A DNA stretch of 64,000 nt from Ostrea edulis (lineage: Eukaryota): contig NC_079167.1 of assembly GCF_947568905.1 (NCBI RefSeq), positions 35,774,001 to 35,838,000 of the forward strand. Direction: 5' to 3'. The notes below the pieces were generated by a model that was not told where the DNA came from, did no database searches, and saw only the letters and a list, made by a program, of their open reading frames with translations. Numbering within the stretch: position 1 is the stretch's first letter; each line of letters opens with the position of its first letter. The position numbers and the translations under genes are program-made. Shown in pieces: positions 55,745 to 64,000 of this stretch.

Positions 55745-58700
55745 TTTCGTGTTTCAGATAATATCGGTCTCCATGTCCCACAATCAGTTAAGGAAAACAT
55801 CTGGGCTAAAGATTATATTGACTTGGCTAAAGTCCTGCACTCTGACTCAGATTCTGACAAAGATCACAAGTTCTCTATTGTTGATGGACAGGTCCCCAAA
55901 ATCCAACCCCAAGAAAATAACGACCATTGATGCCTGGACTAATGCATTCATAATTTTCGCCAGTATTTATCTGTTAAGGCACCCGGCAGACATTCAGGGA
56001 ATTCTGAAATACTTTCAAACTATCAGGCTAAGGGCCAGTCGAAATCCTAATTCAAGTTGGTTAGAATATGATAAACAATTTCGGCTAAAAATGTCCGCCA
56101 ATACTTCACTCCCCTGGGGCTCCGTAGATGCCGAACTTTGGCTCATTTTTATGGCTAATCAGTTCATAATGCAGCAAACGCAGTCAAGTTTGAAGTGCTA
56201 CGATTATAATTATAAGGGCTCGTGCAGTAAACAACGTTGCCAATACCAGCACTGCTGGTCACTCCAATCAACCAACACCTGTTAAAACAACCCTCACTCA
56301 AACCACAGCTATTTTCGTCCCAACTCACCTCAGTTCACTTCCCGTCCATGGCATTCATTTCAAAACCCTAGACCAAGATTTATGGGCCCTAGGTACAACT
56401 CCAATTAAGATTCATATTATGCAAGATTACTTCGCACTATACCCCGACAAAACGTAGCTCAATGTCTTTTGAGTGGTGTTCAAACCGGCTTTTATTTGAA
56501 TTACACTGGCTTAAGGCTTCCATTACAACCCAAAAATATGAAATCTGCTACTGATCATAGCTCTGAGCTACTTGCCATAATCACTAAAGAAATCGAACTT
56601 GGTCGCAACAGCCCACCTATGTTCAATTTGAGATGCAATCCCGTAGGAGTCCGCCCTAAAAAAGACGGGGGATGGCGATTAATAACAAACTTGTCCGCAC
56701 CTACAGGAAATAGTGTCAACGATTTCATTGACCCTGCCTTATGCTCAGTCTCTTACGCATCCTTTGATCAGGCAACAACAATTTGGTATACCTATTAATG
56801 CAAAGAAAACGAAGGGCCCCACTACTAATTTATCTTTTCTTGGGTTAGGTATCGACACAGTTACACAAACTATTTTCATTCCAGCTGTTAAATGCTCAGA
56901 GCTTCAGTCTTCCTTAGCATCATTCCTTTGCTCCAAAAAGGTTTCTCTCAAAGATATGTAGTCGCTTTGTGGCTCACTCAACTTTTTTGCTAAAGCACTT
57001 CCTGGCAGCAGGGCATTCTGCCGCCGTTTTTACAATGCAACAATTGGCATAAAAAATCCATACTTCCTTATGCAAGGTGAAGATAACGAACAGTGATCAA
57101 TCTCATAACTCCTATAATAAATACAAAATAGATAGTTGGGCAAACACGGACCCCTGGACACACCAGAAGTGGGATCAGGTGCCTAGGAGGAGTAAGCATC
57201 CCCTGTTGACCGGTCACACAAGCCGTGAGCCCTATATCCTGATCAGGTAAACGGAGTTAACCGCAGTCAAAATCAGTGTGTCAAGAACGGCTTAACAATC
57301 GGTATGAAACACGTCAGACAGCATTTGACCGAATGCGAGGTTGTATTGACGAACTAAATCGTTATAACGACCATAGAATTTGCGAAATGCTGACTTCAAT
57401 CGAGACTGTTGAAACCCCTGTACCATCAACTTGTTTGTCAGTAGCTTACCTCGATTTAAAAACTGACTATACGCAGAACAAGCTCTTGCATATCGAATCA
57501 GTTGAGATATATATAAGAATAACTAACTCAATGAAGGAAGATGCTCGGGTATGGCTCCAATTTCTCGAAAACTACAATGGTAAAACCCCATTCCCTGACA
57601 TAGTTTGGTCTGATAATGAGTCACTCAACCTTTTCACCGACAGTTGTGGTTCCTGTGGTGGAGGTGCGTTTTTTTTACAATCTTTGGGCAGTCATCTACT
57701 GGCCAAATTTTTGGTCCCCTCAAGTTCGTAGAGACATTACATTTCTGGAACTCATACCCATAGTTGCTGCAATCTGGATATGACGTGATCATTTCATTGC
57801 CAAAATTTACTTATAAATACAGATAATATGGCTTTAGTCCACATTATCAATTCCCAAACCAGTAAGTCTAAGCACGTCATGCACCTACTTAGGCCTTTAG
57901 TGTTACTTTGTATTAGATGCAACATACCAAAAAAAAGTGTTCATATCCCGGGCTATTATAACTCTATAGCAGATTCAATCTCTCGTTTTCAGTGGGCAAA
58001 GTTCAGAGCACTAGCTCCCAATGCGGACAATCAGCCTACTCAGATTTCCATCGGAATTATTCAATCTCTTAAACCTCACATAGACATTCCACCGAAATCC
58101 AAGTTCATATTAAGGGGTCCAAATTGCGGGGAAAATAGTATTGGTACTATGTCATTGCGTCATATTCAAAAATTTATGAAATTAACAGTTATTAATATCC
58201 ACTCCATGTTACCTACGTGTAGAATCATTTGGTCTCAAATCTTACCACGGAAATATTATCGACAAATGTTTTCGCACATCGCAGCCGAAAAAGCAAGGGT
58301 TAGGATAAACAGCTCGATGTCCAATTTCATTATGGCTAGAAATGGTAGCTACATTAATTACCCCGACTTACAAAACTGCACCCTTAACTTATTCCCAGAT
58401 GGTACCCATCTCTCTGATATTGCCCAAACTGTATTTTTGAATGGTATACAGGCAGGTTTGTATAAAATCTTGTGCGAAAATTACCAAATTTATCCACCTC
58501 TACGGCAATAGCGCAGTTTTGTCATGGCATGGGCAAAATATGCCCGCTTGTGGCGGATGTCTTCAGGCATCAGATAACGGGATCTGATGCCTTCGGACAT
58601 ATGACCGAATTTTGCTTGAAGCCCTGCCGCAGATTCTGTTAATTTTCCAGAGTCTCTGGCCAATAATTTGGACTTCCGTCATTGTGCCATTTTCATTGTT

Positions 58701-58996
58701 TCTACGTCATACACTATTGGAAAAGTCGACGTAGACCATTGTGTGAAAAATCTATTGATCATCATTGAATGTGTACCATGTAACGAAAATATCGAACATT
58801 TACCATTTAACCTCATTGACCTATGAATATTGAACGCTTATTGATGATGGACTTCATTGTGAATACATTGACAATATGGAATATAATCATTGATGTCTCA
58901 TTGCTCATTGTGAATTTCATTTATCATTTATACATTGTATTGTATTTTGTTCTGTCACTTATATTTTAAAATAAGTAAAGCCATGACAAAAACTGC
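55745..58996 (+). mobile_element. Internally deleted Ngaro/DIRS-group tyrosine-recombinase retrotransposon (gag - RT/RNase H - SGNH hydrolase)
   Basis: gag: GLHVPQSVKENIW, TTIDAWTNAFIIFASIY..WLEYDKQFR..W, CYDYNYKGSC...C.Y.HC knuckle. RT N-terminus: NMKSA..KEIELGR..PKKDGGWRLITNLSAP.GNSVNDFI..CSVSY. RNase H: EDARVWLQFL..LFTDSCGS, DNMALVHIIN.QTSKS, HIPG..N.IADSISRFQ. SGNH: IIWSQILPR..RVRIN..PDGTHLS. The RT core and YR are missing. Confidence 0.85.
57071..57511 (-). mobile_element. 5'-truncated, well-preserved Penelope-like element inserted in the Ngaro RNase H region
   Basis: The minus strand reads ISQLIRYARACSAYSQFLNRGKLLTNKLMVQGFQQSRLKSAFRKFYGRYNDLVRQYNLAFGQMLSDVFHTDC*, then the conserved 3' tail. 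Removing it restores KNPYFL|IRITNSMKED. Confidence 0.9.
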
Positions 58997-59517
58997 CAAC
59001 ACACTTGTTTGTTTGCTCTATTAAGTCGAGATAACACATATTAAGTGAAAATGTCATTATCATCAAGATCAAACAAATCAGTGACGTAATAAACCAAGTT
59101 CAAACAAAATGACGCAATAGACCAAAATATACAAAATCAATTGGCTGGGACAACTCAATACAAACAACCGTTTACTAATGACTAGGTTTGCAAATGAGCA
59201 AATAAACACGTAAATTACTCAAACTGATCCCAGCCAATAATATACATCTAAAAAACACTAATAACATAAAATAGGTGGCGCACAAAAAAAGGCCACAAAG
59301 CAATGGAACATGCGAACAAGTTGCATGTTAGTTGCTGCGCCACCCAAGGACATAAGTTTTATTTTTCTACATGTGAATGGTACGTATACGTGCTTTGTGT
59401 TGTTTATGACAGGAGTGACCAGTGGTGTAATAGCGTCCGGTTTAATCAGGTTTCATCCGTCATCATGTTCCGTTATTGCACATCCCTATGTCCTTGCTAA
59501 CATTTACATCCGAACAA

Positions 59518-62500
59518 ATGGCGGATTTGGAGCTCAAGATTTGTGTATTGGTATTTTTACTCTTCCCAATTATTTCAAATGCTTACGGTAAGGAACTATA
59601 AACTTTGCATCTAATCTGTAAACAACTTTTTTTTTAATAAGAATACAATGACCTTGCTATGCCAGTTGATTTTTGTCGTTAGGTTCTATATGTGTGATCT
59701 TGAAGATGAATATGATATATAGGCTACATCCTACAAAACATATAACAACATATAAATTACAGTATTCACATAAATAAATTATCACATTGTTATGATAAAA
59801 TCTAGATATCTTACATTTATCATAGGGAATAAACTATATTACATTACACTGAATTATTTTATACTATGCAATAGAAATAACTTCTATTTTACTCAAGCAA
59901 AATAGATTGAACATAATAAATCTGAATCATGAGTATATATACAATGCTAATATACAATATCATAAGCAATAATTACAATAGTTACCGAATTGTGGATTCA
60001 GGCAAAAGAAAGAGTTGGAACCATGTCCATGGTGTATTTACAACACATCAGACCTGTATATAATAATACACACATTCACACTTTATGTAAACATCTATAT
60101 AATAATGTCTTACATCAAGACTGATATTATCATATCTACCTATACATAGCATTAATTCTATATCAGTGTAATTTGCTTTAAAAACTATTGATACATTTAT
60201 ATTTGATCATTACTCTCTTTCTCTTACATACATGTATAACTATAACTCATCATTTTCATACTTCTATTCATACGCTAGAATTGTTAATGGGAATTATTAA
60301 AGAAAGAACTTACTTTCAATGTCTTCAATAGATTGTCCAATTTACGTCAATTCTTAGATAATAACAAAATATATGGCACTAGCAATCCCTCTGACTGCTA
60401 ACTTCGAAGTGACTTAAATTTACAGAATAAAACTCTCCAGAACTCTGACCTCCAAGACCTTCCAATAAAATTACAGGAATACTTACAGTGACCAATCAAA
60501 GACTACTGACCTCTAAATTTGTCCTCTGACTGTATTTGAATGAATAAAACACTAAAGACAACTCTTATTCTAAAGAGAGATAACTCTGGTTAAACTTTAG
60601 TAATAGAAACATGCAGTGCTGGTTAGTAATATGTGCATGTACTTTATTTAAGTATTTAGTTTGTACCATTTATTTACAAGTATTTAATTGGTATATCAAT
60701 ACTTAATTCTAGATTATTTAACGTTTAAAAACACTTCAAAATTATACATTATCACACTAGCAATAAAATAAGAATGACATGGGTAAGCATAAAACAACCC
60801 GGAAAAATGTTCAGTTTACTACAGTATTATCATTTTGTTTATATCTTCGAAACATTTCGTGTTCATGGATTTATATTTAGAACACTTTCATACCTTTCAG
60901 ATAACTTGGCCCTCAATAGGCCACCAACCTTTGAGCCCTCCCAGACAGCGACTCCAGGCAATGATGGCAATCCCGCAACTTGTATTAACATGCCCGCGAC
61001 AGCCATTGGGTCGGCGAGGTTTTTCGTGGAGTTGGCGAGCGTCAGAAGGATCAAAGAGGTTAACATTACATTTCCCGCAGGTAATAAATGGATTATTTTG
61101 AAGTAACTAGAGAATGCCCGAGATACTTATTATTAATAAGCACAAAAGAAAGTAACCGAACTAATTCCTTATAGGAGCTGTAGGAAACGAAGGCTTTTTC
61201 ATTTCCATTTCCAACACATCAACTTTGTTCACTGGACACATATGCTACCGCTCAAAGATAAATGTTATCCCGCAGACATCGGCCACCTATCCTTGTATTG
61301 GATCAGGGAGATATTTGAGCGTCTACAACACGCAGAGATCAGGGACAATAGACTTCGATATCTGTGAAGTTGCTGTGACAGGTATGCCTACAGCCTGCAG
61401 TAGTCGTGTCGATGATGTAGTGGGATAATAAATGGTTTGGTTAAAGTACTGTATCCACTGTGTTTGTCGAAAGCTAAATATTACAGAAAATATTACACAC
61501 GGTTATTGTATTTTATGGATTAGAACTGCGTTAAGCTGTCGGAAATCAACTCCCAAACAACGTGGAGCTGAAATGTACTCACATGTTCTACGTTAACTAA
61601 GAAATGAGTTGTTAAATTTCAAATATATTTCAAATACGACCTTTTTGTTAACTTACATAGAAAAATTGGAGAGACTTGGAAAAAAATTATTCGCATTGAA
61701 AAATACGTATGATTTGCATCATTATTTTTCTTATATAGATAGTGTATATTAAAAATACAAACATCAGAATTGGACATATACTCATAATTTGTGGTTATTA
61801 CATTCAGAACTTATCCCCAGTTTCGCCTTTTAGGTTGTCCCAATAAAAGATATGGAAACGACTGTTCTCAAACCTGCACATGTCCAGACGAATGCGATTT
61901 TGAGACCGGGGAATGTTTAAGTCATGCACCAGGTACTCAGAAATCAACTGCTGTCTCCAGGAGCTGGTTACATTGATAACTTTCCCCAGTAGATTCTATT
62001 TCACCTTAATCAGAGGTGGACGTGAGTTCTTGCCAAAGCCGTTCGTCGTCGTCGATAACACGTTTTTATTGTATGATTTGTTTATAGCATCGACAGTAGT
62101 ATTATTGATTGTTTTATGACAGAGACCCTAAAATCACTGTGACTGTTGTGATTGAAAGTAAAAAGGTGAAGAAAAAGTCACAAAAAGTCTTAGAAAATGT
62201 CTTATTTTTGCCACTTTCGGTATATGTACCTTGACAGTAGTTACTGTGTAAATTCTTGACGATGAGGACGTCGTCGCAAGCCACGCCTATTGTCTCCGTG
62301 AGGTAGGGTAGGTACTACCAGACTCAGTAACCGTGGCCACGCCTATTGTCTCCGTGAGGTAGGGTAGGTACTACCGGACTCAATAACCGTGACTAGCGAC
62401 AATGCTGCGAGGAGCGCCAACCGTCTAACGGGTTGTGAGAATTTCCCCAACAATGCTCGCTTCATTATGATTTCTTTGGTCGAAATGAATCTGTGTCTGT

Positions 62501-63497
62501 ATAGGCATGTTGAATCACCACTTCTGACATATGATCAACGGAAATGAGAGAGCGCATGTAGATGTTATTCGCGCTGAAAGGCTTGATTTAAAGCCTTATA
62601 TTCTCCCTCACTTTGTTCGTCCGAATATAAATTAATTAGATGCTAATTACCAAAAAACAAGAAACTATATAGTATAAGTAGGATGGCAGCTCGCTAGCAC
62701 TTTATTCATCACTCGTAATGTCCTTAAGAAATATATCGCAAACAAAACTACTCATGTTAATACACATCAATATATACACAGATTAATGTCATCTGATAAA
62801 TGGTTACTATCCGCCATATAAATATTGTAAAATTTACCTGTACGTAGAGCTAGCGAGCGTGCTTAGAATGCCGCACAAACACATGTTCGCCTATTTATAT
62901 GCCTTCACCACGTGACCAATACAAATGATATTCGAACCCGACTACCTATAAAACACCCGCATATAATTATAATTATACAGTCTTTGAACACACTTGATGG
63001 TCACTCAGTTCATTCCAGTCAATGACTGCACATATGAAGAAAGAGTTTCTTCTGATACGTGTGTTACATGATGGTATATTGAAACAACGGCTATTGTTGG
63101 TACTATGGATGGTGTTCCGTGTTTCAAAGTCAGTAACTTACTTGTCCTTGATTCGTCGCTTGTTGGTGGCTGCTACCAAGTAAGTATCAGGCGGTATCGC
63201 TGGTACTAGCCCTTCAACCACCTTGAATAGGAACGTTATGAAATAAAATACTTTACGTTGATATGACATATTTTATGTTGACATAGAACACAATTAGGTG
63301 TATATTTTGAATAAAACATTTTACTTCCATGTACATCCAACATCTTTTGATTTCAGTTTGCAACATTCCTGGATGGTGGGGAGATAACTGTAATGAGATT
63401 TGTGGATTTTGTAAAGATGGCGCTGTATGTAACAACAGGACAGGTGCGTGTCCGGCTGACTGTTCTGCTGGATACAGGTCAAGCACCTGTAATATCG
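59518..63497 (+). CDS. Secreted or membrane protein with an F5/8C (FTP/F-type-lectin-like) domain and EGF-like repeats; partial
   Basis: join(59518-59587,60901-61080,61175-61381,61834-61932,63357-63497), all phase 1. Signal MADLELKICVLVFLLFPIISNAY; DNLALNRP..GNDGNPATC..FFVEL...IKEVNI; GFFISISNT..CY..C.GSGRYLSVYN..DICEVAVTG; EGF exons GCPNKRYGNDCSQTC and VCNIPGWWGDNCNEICGFCKDGAVCN. The last exon may belong to a separate downstream paralog. Confidence 0.78.
62280..62391. repeat. GC-rich 56-bp tandem duplication
   Basis: gccacgcctattgtctccgtgaggtagggtaggtactaccagactcagtaaccgtg x2, 2 mismatches. Confidence 0.9.
62909..62953 (+). promoter_or_regulatory. Possible core promoter (E-box, CCAAT, TATA)
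   Basis: CACGTG 62909-62914, CCAAT 62916-62920 and TATAAAA 62947-62953 in canonical order, with a strong donor CAA|GTAAGT after 63179. Confidence 0.35.
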
Positions 63498-63927
63498 GTA
63501 AGTAATTTGGAATGTCCTAAACATTCTATATGTTTAACATCAGCCGTGCGTGAAATTAAGTTTACGAGAAAATGAATGGTGATGATTTTTACTGCATATC
63601 ATGCGAGTAGTATTAGGAAATGCATGATTAACGTTTACACCCCATGCACATTTTAACTGCGCATTGCATGGTACTGGAGTATTCATACCACGTGATAATA
63701 ATAATTCAGCGCTGATACTTACGCTCTGTACTATAGAAGTAGTAAAAGGCGTCCTTAACAATTGATTTTAAGACGTAACAACCATCGAACAACTACTAAT
63801 ATGATTGGTTAGTTTAACATTATAAAATCAGAGGGCGCTCAAACCCAATGATCGCCATTTGAATTTTAAACAGATTGGAAAAAAAATACCCGGACACAAT
63901 TTAACCACAGGGAATCAATCATTATTA

Positions 63928-64000
63928 TGCAAGGTGAAGATAACGAACAGTGATCAATCTCATAACTCCTATAAGCAATACAAAAAAGATAGTTGGCCAA
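63928..64000 (-). mobile_element. 3' tail of a Penelope-like retroelement, continuing past the window
   Basis: tgcaaggtgaagataacgaacagtgatcaatctcataactcctataagcaatacaaaa, the same terminus as 57071. Confidence 0.85.

Noticed and set aside
57290-57511. Selenocysteine recoding or SECIS in the Penelope-like fragment
   Set aside because: The retained frame has no in-frame TGA, ends in TAA, and no SECIS pattern was recognisable.
57276-57731. 151-aa plus-strand ORF as one protein
   Set aside because: It is a chimera of the antisense of the inserted Penelope-like fragment and the Ngaro RNase H frame.

Overview
AT-rich, repeat-dense eukaryotic genomic DNA. The repeat families and gene families point to a bivalve, most likely an oyster (inference). 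Genes from left to right: (1) a B-box/coiled-coil TRIM-like gene on the minus strand that runs off the left edge; (2) OST4, a 37-aa protein on the plus strand that the ORF track misses; (3) a complete CSE1L/exportin-2 gene on the minus strand, 26 coding exons and 968 aa, hand-assembled with consistent splice phases and one GC-AG intron; (4) a small signal-peptide/EGF/TM receptor on the plus strand; (5) a signal-peptide/F5/8C(FTP)-like/EGF gene on the plus strand that is incomplete at the right. The rest is mobile DNA: Helentron-type HINEs, MITEs with several TSD types, a Sola-like element, tRNA-SINE pieces, a Tc1 remnant, Penelope-like RT fragments, an internally deleted Ngaro-like YR retrotransposon carrying an SGNH hydrolase, and many minisatellites. 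The most notable observations are two CSE1L exon ends duplicated together with their splice donors (one set guarded by an in-frame stop), a 4.1-kb minisatellite that seems to have grown from seven codons of a decayed coding sequence, and several near-perfect intronic hairpins. No CRISPR array, tRNA or rRNA was found. There is a 305-base assembly gap at 42097-42401. All coordinates were read by hand, and TE family names are from recalled motifs, not database searches.
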